From: Candidatus Omnitrophota bacterium
Lineage (GTDB): Bacteria > Omnitrophota > Gorgyraeia > Gygaellales > Profunditerraquicolaceae
Direction: 5' to 3'
Assembly (NCBI GenBank): GCA_028714055.1
Contig: JAQTNB010000001.1
Location: 1 to 30,798, forward strand
Length of the DNA stretch: 30,798 nt
Shown: positions 1 to 8,148 of the stretch, piece after piece
Position numbering within the stretch: position 1 is the first letter of the stretch
How the letters are laid out: the number at the start of each line of letters is the position of its first letter
The notes under the pieces: model-generated
What the model saw: the letters and a program-made list of their open reading frames with translations, nothing else
Database searches by the model: none
What the model was told of the DNA's origin: nothing
Made by a program: the position numbers and the translations under genes

Positions 1-1833
1 CCGGAGATCAGGATGCTTTACAGCGGCATCGCCCTGACGATCACCTATTCCCTGCTTGCATCCCTGCTTGCAGCCGTCACGTTTATCCCGATGCTTGCCG
101 CGCGGATAAAATTCAAACACCTGCCTCTTCCGGTTCCAAACGAAGCGCCTACGGAAGAAAAGGCGGGGGACACCCAGCAGCAACCGGAACCGCCTGGCAA
201 ACCGGAATCTTTTTCCTACCGGATGCAGACGCTCTATAAGAATATCGTCTCGGTCACCCTTACCCTGCGCTACCTGGTTATAGTGCTTGCGATCCTCGGC
301 CTCGCCCGGATCATGCTGGAATCAAAAAAACTGGAAAAAGAATTCATCGGGATCGCCGAACAGAACAAGTTTACCGTGTTCGTGGAGATGCCGACCGGGA
401 CCAGGCTTGAGGTCACGGATAAAGTGGTGGCGCAAGTGGAAGAATTCGTGACCCGCGTCCCGGAAGTCAAGACCGCCACATCAAAGATCGAGCCATGGTC
501 AAGCAAGATCTACGTGGAACTTCAGCCCCTGAGCAAACGCCAAAGGGCCACACCCCAGATCATCAATGAACTACGCCAGCTCACCGAAAAACTCGACCCT
601 GCCTTTATTTACTATGAAGAGCCCGAAGAGATCGGGACAAAAGAAATCCTGATAGAGCTCTACGGGTACGATTACCAGGTCCTCAAAGGGCTTGCGATCC
701 AGGTCGCCCAGAGGATACAGACAATACCGAAGTTTACCGATACCAAGATCAGGATGCGCGAAGGAAGGCCCGAGATGCGGCTGAATGTCGATAAAACCCA
801 GGCAGCGCTCCTGGGGCTCTCTACGCGCGATATCGCCATGACCCTGCACACCCATATGCGCGGGATGGTCGCCACGCACTACCGCGGCAAAACCGGGCCG
901 CTGCTGCGTTATAACAAAGAGGAATCGCCGGTGCCGGAGTTCTCTCTCGGGGATATACCAAGGCCGGCGGCGGGAGAGCGCGACTCGCAGGAAGGCAAAG
1001 AAACAGAGACGATCGTGCGCCTGGAAGAAAGGTACCGCAAGACCTTTGAGGCGCTGCGCCGCGTTATCCTGGTCTCCCAGGAAGGCGAACCGGTATTTTT
1101 ATCGCAGCTGGCCAATTTCAAATTCGACATCGGCCCCAGCGAAATATGGCGCAAGAATAAATTCCGCATGGTCCAGGTAAGCGCCAACACCGGCGGCGTC
1201 GCCCTGGGCACGGCGGCAGATCTGGTAAAAGATGTGCTGAAAAATTTTACGCTCCCCAAGGATTACTTTTGGCAACTGGGAGGCAATTATGATAAAATGA
1301 TACGCAACCAGAATGAATTGAGCCTGGCGCTTGTCTTGAGCCTTATTCTGGTCTATATGCTCCTTGCGGGGCTTTTTGAATCTTTCGCGCAGCCTTTTAT
1401 CATCCTGATGACGGTGCCCTTGGCCGCGATCGGCGCGATCATTGCGCTGCGCCTGACCAACAAGCCGGTCGGTACCGGTGTGCTGATCGGTGCGATCATG
1501 CTCGGCGGTATCGTCGTCAACAATGCGATTATCCTGATCGACCGCATTAATTTCTTGCGCCATAGGAGGGCCGAGGAATTCGGCCTCAAAGGCGGGATCA
1601 GGGACCTGGTGATCATGGCATCGTTCGACCGGTTGAGGCCGATCATGATAACGTCCTTGACGACGATACTGGGGCTCATACCGATGGCGCTGGATAAAAG
1701 CGAATCCGCGAGCCTCTGGTCACCGCTTGCCATTACCGTTATCGGAGGCATGACGCTGGCAACATTCTTGACGCTATTCGTCATCCCGTGCGTGTATCTT
1801 ATTTTTGTCGACCTAAGGCTGACCAGAAAATAG
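1..1833 (+). CDS. RND efflux permease (AcrB/AcrD/AcrF family), C-terminal half; 5' end lies outside the window
   Basis: Frame is open from base 1. TM10-12 motifs GIVVNNAIILID, RLRPIMITSLTT and PLAITVIGG are present, along with porter/docking segments. Confidence 0.95.
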   Translation, partial: PEIRMLYSGIALTITYSLLASLLAAVTFIPMLAARIKFKHLPLPVPNEAPTEEKAGDTQQQPEPPGKPESFSYRMQTLYKNIVSVTLTLRYLVIVLAILGLARIMLESKKLEKEFIGIAEQNKFTVFVEMPTGTRLEVTDKVVAQVEEFVTRVPEVKTATSKIEPWSSKIYVELQPLSKRQRATPQIINELRQLTEKLDPAFIYYEEPEEIGTKEILIELYGYDYQVLKGLAIQVAQRIQTIPKFTDTKIRMREGRPEMRLNVDKTQAALLGLSTRDIAMTLHTHMRGMVATHYRGKTGPLLRYNKEESPVPEFSLGDIPRPAAGERDSQEGKETETIVRLEERYRKTFEALRRVILVSQEGEPVFLSQLANFKFDIGPSEIWRKNKFRMVQVSANTGGVALGTAADLVKDVLKNFTLPKDYFWQLGGNYDKMIRNQNELSLALVLSLILVYMLLAGLFESFAQPFIILMTVPLAAIGAIIALRLTNKPVGTGVLIGAIMLGGIVVNNAIILIDRINFLRHRRAEEFGLKGGIRDLVIMASFDRLRPIMITSLTTILGLIPMALDKSESASLWSPLAITVIGGMTLATFLTLFVIPCVYLIFVDLRLTRK

Positions 1834-1845
1834 CCAGGAGGCTGT

Positions 1846-3090
1846 ATGCAGCTAAAAAAAACCACCATCTTTTTCGGAATCTTCATACTATTCTGGATCG
1901 TAGTCATCGGCTGGGGGATGTTCAAGACCACCCTGAAACTGCAGATAAAGACGCCGTTCTCTCCGGCAAAAGAAGCGGCTCCGGGAGCCCCGGAACAAAC
2001 ACCCGGCCAGGCTCAGCCTCCCGAAGGAGCGAAAACCACTGTCAAAACAGAAGTTAAACCGATACTGGTGCGCGTATTCAGGGCGAGGCCATCGAATTTC
2101 AAAGATATCCTGCCTGTTATGGGGACTATCAAAGGGAAGACCGAAATAGAGATACGCTTTGAGGTGGCCGGAGTAATCAAGCAGATATTTTTCCGGGAAG
2201 GCGAAAAGATCAAGAAGGGCGATTTGGTTGCCTGCCTCAACCCGAAAGATGCTGAACTAAAAGTCTCCTATGCAAAAAACAAGTTCAACGCTGCCCAGGC
2301 ATCGTATGATTCCGTGATGAAAAAGCTGGAGGTGCACCGGAAACTCTACGAAGTCGGCGCCTTGATCAAATCCAAGATGGAAGAAGTAGAACTGGAGACG
2401 AAAAGCGCGCAATACCAGGTTGAAACGGCGCGCAGCGAATGGGATCTGGGAGAAAACGAGCTGAAGAAGACTTTTTTCTATGCGTCCAAGGATTGCGCGA
2501 TGGGGCCGCGTGAGGCCGAAGAGGGTGAGTTTGTGACCCCGCAGGATAAAGTTGCCTCTCTTTATGAGATCGACGAAATATTCGTCGAGGTGGGGGTGGT
2601 CGAACGGGATATCAATAAGATCAAAACCGGCCAGATGGCCAAGGTGTATGTCGATGCCTACCCGAACCGGGTCTTCTCCGGGCTTATCGACAGTATTTAT
2701 CCGGTTGTCGAAGGAAAAAGCAGGACGCTTACCGCGAAAATCAAGGTCACCAATCCCGACTGGCTGCTTTTCCCGGGGATGTTCAGCAGGGTGGAGGTCA
2801 TGATCATCGAACTGGATAATGCGCTGGTGATACCCGCGACTACCATCATACCTGCCGGCAATACGACGCTTTTGCCCGTCATCCCCCTTCAGTCGCTTAA
2901 GAAAGATGAAGACGAAGTTGAGACCGGGGTGGTGAGGCTCCGCCAGGTAAGCCTGGGCTATATCACCAGCGATTACGTGCAGATACTGGATGGCTTAAGC
3001 CCCAATGACCTGGTAGTCCTTGAGGCGCAGGGCGAACTGAAAGATAATTATCCGGTTAAGATCGTCGGGCTTGAGGAGTTGAGCTTGTAG
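1846..3090 (+). CDS. RND periplasmic adaptor (membrane fusion protein)
   Basis: GGAGG RBS, N-terminal TM anchor, split lipoyl domain (EVAGVIKQIFFREGEKIKKGD), ~77-aa alpha-hairpin, beta-barrel ending LFPGMF. Confidence 0.93.
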   Translation: MQLKKTTIFFGIFILFWIVVIGWGMFKTTLKLQIKTPFSPAKEAAPGAPEQTPGQAQPPEGAKTTVKTEVKPILVRVFRARPSNFKDILPVMGTIKGKTEIEIRFEVAGVIKQIFFREGEKIKKGDLVACLNPKDAELKVSYAKNKFNAAQASYDSVMKKLEVHRKLYEVGALIKSKMEEVELETKSAQYQVETARSEWDLGENELKKTFFYASKDCAMGPREAEEGEFVTPQDKVASLYEIDEIFVEVGVVERDINKIKTGQMAKVYVDAYPNRVFSGLIDSIYPVVEGKSRTLTAKIKVTNPDWLLFPGMFSRVEVMIIELDNALVIPATTIIPAGNTTLLPVIPLQSLKKDEDEVETGVVRLRQVSLGYITSDYVQILDGLSPNDLVVLEAQGELKDNYPVKIVGLEELSL

Positions 3091-3108
3091 GGAACAGCTA
3101 TCGGCATA

Positions 3109-3133
3109 GAATTTTCCGCTTTGCGGAAAATTC
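3109..3133. terminator. Perfect 11-bp hairpin between the convergent RND adaptor gene and tRNA-Glu
   Basis: GAATTTTCCGC-TTT-GCGGAAAATTC, 3 nt from the tRNA 3' end. There is no clear U-tract, so it may be a terminator or a processing stem. Confidence 0.5.
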
Positions 3134-3136
3134 TAA

Positions 3137-3211
3137 TAGCCCCAACCGGATTTGAACCGGTGTTTAGTGGCTGAGAACCACGCGTCCTAGACCGGGCTAG
3201 ACGATGGGGCC
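3137..3211 (-). tRNA. tRNA-Glu (anticodon CTC); CCA not encoded
   Basis: Reverse complement GGCCCCATCGTCTAGCCCGGTCTAGGACGCGTGGTTCTCAGCCACTAAACACCGGTTCAAATCCGGTTGGGGCTA folds as a cloverleaf with anticodon loop TTCTCAG and T-loop TTCAAAT. Confidence 0.95.
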
Positions 3212-3235
3212 GTAGTAAACCGATAAAGTGCATTT

Positions 3236-3264
3236 ATTGTAATCTATGCGGATTTGTAAGTCAA
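3236..3264 (-). promoter_or_regulatory. Sigma70-type promoter of tRNA-Glu
   Basis: TTGACT-N17-TACAAT, 24 nt upstream of the tRNA 5' end. Confidence 0.75.
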
Positions 3265-3283
3265 CGATTTTATTGGATCTCAT

Positions 3284-4492
3284 ATGTATGTAGGCCTGGG
3301 GGTAAGCACAGAAAAGGACCCCGTGCTGGCGGTCAAGGAAGCCGCAAAAATCGCGGCGATCAACATGCACGGCGCAAAGGTCGACCTTGCCATCACCTTC
3401 ACCTCTTTTGATCATGCATACCCGATACTGCTTAAAACCCTCAATATCCTCTTAAACCGCATCCCGATCATCGGCTTGACGGGTGCTGCGATCATGTCCA
3501 ATGAAGGGGTTTTCAGCAGTGCCGTTGCGGTGATGCTGCTCGGTTTTCCCAAAGGCACGTATTTTAACGCTGCCTGCGTCAAGGATATCAAAGAAAAGGG
3601 GACCCTGGAAGCAGGCCGGGAACTCGGCGTGAAGCTGATGGCCGGGTTCCAAAACATGCACAGGGTTTTGAGCGTAACGTTCTGTGACGGCCTGATAGAA
3701 GAAGGCACCGGGATCATAAACGGCCTTCAGGAAAGGCTGGGCAGAAGCTTCCCGCTTATCGGCGCTTCGGCGTCGGACAACCTTCGTTTCCTGAAAACCT
3801 ACGTTTATTCCAACCAGGAAATGATAAATGACGCGATCGTGGGCATACTTTTTGCGGGTAAGATCAGCTTTGGCCTGGGCCTCAAACACGGCTGGAAGCC
3901 GCTCGGGAAACCCCGGACCGTCACCAGGGCAGAAGGCAATGTCGTATACGAAATAAACAACCAGCCCGCGATCAAGATGTACCAGGAATACCTGGGCCGC
4001 GGCTTTGCCGAACTACAGAGGGAAATAAAGCGTATTTCGGTACTTTATCCGCTCGGGATGTTCCTCCCGGGAGAACAGGAATACCTGCTGCGTAATGCCC
4101 GCCTGGTCGGCGACGACGGGTCGCTGCACATGCAGGGTAATGTTGAAGAAGGCAGCACCGTACGGCTGATGATCGGCACGAAAGAATCGTGCCTGGCCGC
4201 TACCCACCAGGCGCTGGAAGAAGCAAAACAGAACCTCGTTTCCCAGCGCAGGGAGCTGTTAAAAGACCCGGACATCAACTTTCTTCTTGTATTCGATTCC
4301 GTTTCGCGGTATATGTTGTTAAAAAGGGACGCGGATAAGGAACTGGAGATCATAAAAAGCGGGATCCGGAAGGATACGCCCATACTGGGCATTTATACGT
4401 ATGGGGAGCAGGCGCCGCTTTTATCGATCGATTACCAGGGACAAACGCACCTGCATAACCAAACCATCACCATGCTTGCAGTCAGCAATTAA
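3284..4492 (+). CDS. Stand-alone FIST-domain signal transduction protein (FIST_N + FIST_C)
   Basis: Motifs LIGASASD, HGWKPLG, YPLG, RLMIG, GIYTYGEQAP and C-terminal HNQT. Confidence 0.9.
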   Translation: MYVGLGVSTEKDPVLAVKEAAKIAAINMHGAKVDLAITFTSFDHAYPILLKTLNILLNRIPIIGLTGAAIMSNEGVFSSAVAVMLLGFPKGTYFNAACVKDIKEKGTLEAGRELGVKLMAGFQNMHRVLSVTFCDGLIEEGTGIINGLQERLGRSFPLIGASASDNLRFLKTYVYSNQEMINDAIVGILFAGKISFGLGLKHGWKPLGKPRTVTRAEGNVVYEINNQPAIKMYQEYLGRGFAELQREIKRISVLYPLGMFLPGEQEYLLRNARLVGDDGSLHMQGNVEEGSTVRLMIGTKESCLAATHQALEEAKQNLVSQRRELLKDPDINFLLVFDSVSRYMLLKRDADKELEIIKSGIRKDTPILGIYTYGEQAPLLSIDYQGQTHLHNQTITMLAVSN

Positions 4493-4493
4493 A

Positions 4494-6008
4494 ATGCCAA
4501 ACGCCCCGGACCCTTCACTCTCTATGCTTTCCGTCATGCTCAAGCTCATCTATATCCTGATCCTTGCGGGCCTGGCGATCGCCCTCTTCCTGAAAGCGGA
4601 GAAACAGAAACGGCTTCAGCGTGAAACCGACAAATTGAGGAAATCGGTCGATGAGATGGATGAACAGGCAAAGCTCATCATGCGCACCGATATGGCCCTG
4701 AACAAGACACAGGAAGAACTCGATAAAAAAATAACCGGCCTCTACGCGCTCCAGAAGCTGTCCCGCTCGATCAGTACGACCCTGGAAGAACGCCAGATCC
4801 TCAAAAGGGTGCGGGGAGATTTCCTGCAGGAGCTCGGGTTTGAAAAAGCCTGCGCGCTTGTCTGGAACCAGCGGGAGGCGAAATTCAGCATAAACTTAAG
4901 CATCGGGTACCTGGAAGACGAGGCATACAAGATAAAGGCCGCCGTAGACGCGGAGAAAGAAAAATACCTCGACCTTATCTTCAAGGAAAAGACGGTTTCC
5001 TCGATCTCACTGTCGCAGGATACGGGGCTCAACGAAGAGAGGATAAGTACTGTTTTTAAGGTTACGGCCTTCGTTATCTCCCCCATTACCCCAAAAGAAG
5101 GGAACAAAGGTTTTTTCTTCCTCGGCACCGAAGACCCGGATGTGGCGATCACCGCGGGCGACGAAGAGTTGATCACCATCCTGACCAATCAAATAGGGCA
5201 GGCGATCGAAAACGCCCGCCTGTTTGAAAAGACCTGGATGGCGCAGCAGGAGCTCGAAAACAAGGTCGACGAACGCACCCGCGAGCTGACAGCGGTCTTA
5301 AACGAAGTGAAGCTGATAAACAAAAGGAAAACAGACTTCATCTCCAGCGTTTCCCATGAACTGCGTACCCCTTTGACCTCGATCAAGGGGTATGCCGCCA
5401 TCCTCCTTGCGGAAAAACTGGGGGCGCTCCCGCAGCCGGTCAAGGAACGCCTGGAAAAGATAAATTCGCACAGCGACGAACTCGTGCACATGGTCAACGG
5501 CCTGCTTGACATCGCGCGCATCGAATCGGGCAAAGCCGTCATGAAGATCGAGGAGCACGACCTCAAGGCCATTATCGCCAATGTCATGGACCTTATTTTT
5601 ATCCAGTGTAAAAATAAAAATATCGATCTGACGGCCCAGGTAAGCAAAGAGATGCCGTCGATCATGGTCGATAAGAGCCAGATCGAGCGCGTCTTTATCA
5701 ACCTGCTCGCCAATGCCGTTAAATTTACTCCCCAGGATGGCAAGATCACCATCCGGGCAGAGGTAAAAAAAGACAGGACCGTCCAGGTCGATATCACCGA
5801 TACCGGCATCGGCATCCCTCCCGACGGCCTCGAGAAGCTATTCGGTGAATTCTACCGCGTTGATAACGAGATCAACCAACAGGTAAAAGGCACGGGGCTC
5901 GGACTTTCGTTGGTCAAACACATCGTAGAAGCCCATAAGGGAAAGATCTGGGTGCAAAGCGCTCCCGGCAAAGGAAGCACGTTCAGTTTTACGTTGCCCA
6001 TACGATAG
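4494..6008 (+). CDS. Membrane-anchored GAF sensor histidine kinase
   Basis: Start re-called at ATG 4494, 1 nt after the FIST stop. N-terminal TM, GAF (LTNQIGQAIENARLF), H-box HELRTPLTS, N/G boxes (NLLANAVKF, DTGIGI, GTGLGL). Confidence 0.93.
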   Translation: MPNAPDPSLSMLSVMLKLIYILILAGLAIALFLKAEKQKRLQRETDKLRKSVDEMDEQAKLIMRTDMALNKTQEELDKKITGLYALQKLSRSISTTLEERQILKRVRGDFLQELGFEKACALVWNQREAKFSINLSIGYLEDEAYKIKAAVDAEKEKYLDLIFKEKTVSSISLSQDTGLNEERISTVFKVTAFVISPITPKEGNKGFFFLGTEDPDVAITAGDEELITILTNQIGQAIENARLFEKTWMAQQELENKVDERTRELTAVLNEVKLINKRKTDFISSVSHELRTPLTSIKGYAAILLAEKLGALPQPVKERLEKINSHSDELVHMVNGLLDIARIESGKAVMKIEEHDLKAIIANVMDLIFIQCKNKNIDLTAQVSKEMPSIMVDKSQIERVFINLLANAVKFTPQDGKITIRAEVKKDRTVQVDITDTGIGIPPDGLEKLFGEFYRVDNEINQQVKGTGLGLSLVKHIVEAHKGKIWVQSAPGKGSTFSFTLPIR

Positions 6009-6027
6009 ACAGAAGGAGATCGCAGCC

Positions 6028-6993
6028 GTGATAAAACCCCGCGTATTGCTCGTCGATGACGATCCCGACATTCTTGATGTCCTGGAGATAACGCTCTCCG
6101 AGGAAAACTTCGAAATCTCCAAGGCGCATGACGGCGAAGAAGCAATGCGCATCATAAAATCGAAACCCCTGGACCTGGTGCTCCTGGACTACAACATGCC
6201 GAGAATGAACGGCCGGGAGGTCTGCATGCAGGTCAAGAAAGACATCCTGCTCAGGCACCTGCCGATCATTATGGTCACCGGGCGAGGCGAGGTCGAAGAT
6301 AAAGTAGGCGGCATTGACGCCGGAGCTGACGACTACATGGTTAAGCCTTTCGAACCGAAAGAGCTGCTGGCGCATATACGCATGATATTGAGGCGCACGG
6401 AAATCGACCTTGAGGCTAATCCCCTGACGCGGCTTCCGGGGAACGTTTCGATCATGAACGAACTCTCCCGCCGCATTGAAAAGAAAACGCTCTTTGCGGT
6501 ATGTTATATCGACCTGGATAAATTCAAGTCTTACAACGACAAATACGGCTTTGAACACGGGGATGAGGTCATACGGGAAACCGCGCGTATCCTCATACAG
6601 GTCGCCCAGCAGGTCGGCAATCCCGATGATTTCGTCGGGCATATCGGCGGGGACGATTTCGTCATCGTAACCATCCCCGCGACAGTCGACTCTCTCTGCA
6701 AAGCGATCATCGATGAATTCGGGGATAAGACTCCTTCATTCTACAATGAAACAGACAGGACCAACGGCTATATCGTCGCTTTCGACCGCCAGGGAAAGGA
6801 ACAACGCATCCCCCTTCTTTCGGTATCCATCGGCGTAGTCACCAATGAATTCAGGAAGATAGAACACGTAGCTCAGGTGGGAGAGATCGGCGCGGAATTG
6901 AAATCATACGCCAAGAAACTGCAGGGAAGTAATTACGTCAAAGACCAGCGCCGGGACGAAACCAGGACCCCCGCTCCTCCGCCAGGCGGCTAA
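6028..6993 (+). CDS. Response regulator with REC + GGDEF domain
   Basis: REC motifs (LVDDD, DYNMP, KPF); NPLTRLPGN, DLDKFKSYNDKYG and HIGGDDF (GGDDF variant). Confidence 0.92.
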   Translation: MIKPRVLLVDDDPDILDVLEITLSEENFEISKAHDGEEAMRIIKSKPLDLVLLDYNMPRMNGREVCMQVKKDILLRHLPIIMVTGRGEVEDKVGGIDAGADDYMVKPFEPKELLAHIRMILRRTEIDLEANPLTRLPGNVSIMNELSRRIEKKTLFAVCYIDLDKFKSYNDKYGFEHGDEVIRETARILIQVAQQVGNPDDFVGHIGGDDFVIVTIPATVDSLCKAIIDEFGDKTPSFYNETDRTNGYIVAFDRQGKEQRIPLLSVSIGVVTNEFRKIEHVAQVGEIGAELKSYAKKLQGSNYVKDQRRDETRTPAPPPGG

Positions 6994-7021
6994 CCGTAAC
7001 GACCGGATTCTCTCGGCTAAC

Positions 7022-7052
7022 AAAAAAACCGGCATTATTATGCCGGTTTTTT
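7022..7052. terminator. Bidirectional intrinsic terminator between the GGDEF gene and tRNA-Leu
   Basis: AAAAAAACCGGCA-TTATTA-TGCCGGTTTTTT, with T-tracts on both strands between convergent genes. Confidence 0.88.
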
Positions 7053-7075
7053 ACTGTTGCCTTTTCTCGGATTTA

Positions 7076-7158
7076 TGCGAGGAGAGGGAGTTGAACCCTC
7101 ACACCCTTGCGGGCAACAGCCCCTCAAACTGTCGCGTCTGCCATTCCGCCATCCTCGC
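7076..7158 (-). tRNA. tRNA-Leu (anticodon GAG); CCA not encoded
   Basis: Reverse complement GCGAGGATGGCGGAATGGCAGACGCGACAGTTTGAGGGGCTGTTGCCCGCAAGGGTGTGAGGGTTCAACTCCCTCTCCTCGCA; long variable arm, anticodon loop TTGAGGG. Confidence 0.96.
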
Positions 7159-7188
7159 AGGAACTTATCAAACAAAAGGAGTATGCTT

Positions 7189-7217
7189 ATTTTACGGTAG
7201 CCCTCCCGGTTAGTCAA
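7189..7217 (-). promoter_or_regulatory. Sigma70-type promoter of tRNA-Leu
   Basis: TTGACT-N17-TAAAAT upstream of the tRNA. Confidence 0.75.
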
Positions 7218-7233
7218 GACGAAAAGATTGGTC

Positions 7234-7581
7234 TTATACGACCGGCGTGACAAGATACAGGTATCGAAGGGTGCCTTTCCCGGCATTCTGCACATCGTGT
7301 CTCGTCTCCGGGGGGATGTACACCAGCTCTGGGGCCTGAGCGCGGAGATCCTTAAACCCCGCGCACGATACCCGGGCCCTTCCTTCAAGTATGATGAGGA
7401 CTTCTTCTTTCCGGTCGGTCACATGCTCTCCGACAGAACAGCGGGGCTTCAGGGCCACCAGGCCCCCGCGGAAACGGCGCGTTTGGCAAGAATCGTCAAG
7501 CAGCCGCAAAAACCTTTTTTTGCTCTTCAGGGGCATAACCAGGGGTTTGCCGCGGCCGGATCTATCGTCTGTTTTTTTCAC
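7234..7581 (-). CDS. Cupin-domain protein
   Basis: GTG start with AAGGA RBS; cupin motif 1 GEHVTDRKEEVLIILEG and motif 2 YIPPETRHDVQN. Confidence 0.85.
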   Translation of the reverse strand: MKKTDDRSGRGKPLVMPLKSKKRFLRLLDDSCQTRRFRGGLVALKPRCSVGEHVTDRKEEVLIILEGRARVSCAGFKDLRAQAPELVYIPPETRHDVQNAGKGTLRYLYLVTPVV

Positions 7582-7596
7582 GCGGTGTCCTTTGTT

Positions 7597-8148
7597 TTAA
7601 CGGTCCGGAGCCGGGCGGGGTGAGCGTTTCTTCCGGGCCTTCCTGATCTTTTCTTCGATATACCAGGAGAAATAACCTTTATATTTCCTCTGTAACGCGG
7701 GGTTTTTCCAGTCCTTCGTCGTGATCCGCTTACGGCAATCCTTTGCTCCGCAGCTGCATTGAAACGAATAATCGAAGTCGGCATCGGTCATGGCATAATC
7801 ATAGGTGATCTCTTCACCCGGCTTGATATCCTTCATGGCAACCATCAGGATATTGCCTTTGATGCCCGCATTAGGATGGCAGCTATGGTTAAAAAAATCG
7901 TCGTCTTCTAACCCGCCCTTTTTACAGGAAACCAGGAAAAATCCTTCGGCAATCTTGGTCGCATAATCATCGATGTTCCTGAATTTCCCGCGCGAAAGAG
8001 AATTGAATTCTTTTTGCGTAATGATAAAACCTCCCCATACGGCGATTATCTCGTCTTTGCGGATCGGCTTGACGGCAAAGATCCCCCGTCGATGAATCCC
8101 CGAAGAACACACGCCAACCTTGTCCGTTAAATAGGAATGTTTGATCAT
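7597..8148 (-). CDS. SET-domain methyltransferase with post-SET Zn motif
   Basis: GIHRRGIFA, NHSCHPN, GEEITYDY and post-SET CSCGAKDCR. The start overlaps the upstream stop (ATGA). Confidence 0.93.
   Translation of the reverse strand: MIKHSYLTDKVGVCSSGIHRRGIFAVKPIRKDEIIAVWGGFIITQKEFNSLSRGKFRNIDDYATKIAEGFFLVSCKKGGLEDDDFFNHSCHPNAGIKGNILMVAMKDIKPGEEITYDYAMTDADFDYSFQCSCGAKDCRKRITTKDWKNPALQRKYKGYFSWYIEEKIRKARKKRSPRPAPDR

Noticed and set aside
3166-3182. C-U mismatch at the top of the tRNA-Glu anticodon stem and absent CCA in both tRNAs as signs of pseudogenes
   Set aside because: All other arms pair, promoters are intact, and CCA is commonly added post-transcriptionally.
3137-7158. FIST/kinase/GGDEF block between two tRNA genes as an integrated island
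   Set aside because: No integrase, no duplicated tRNA 3' end (att site) and no obvious compositional shift; both tRNAs have their own promoters.
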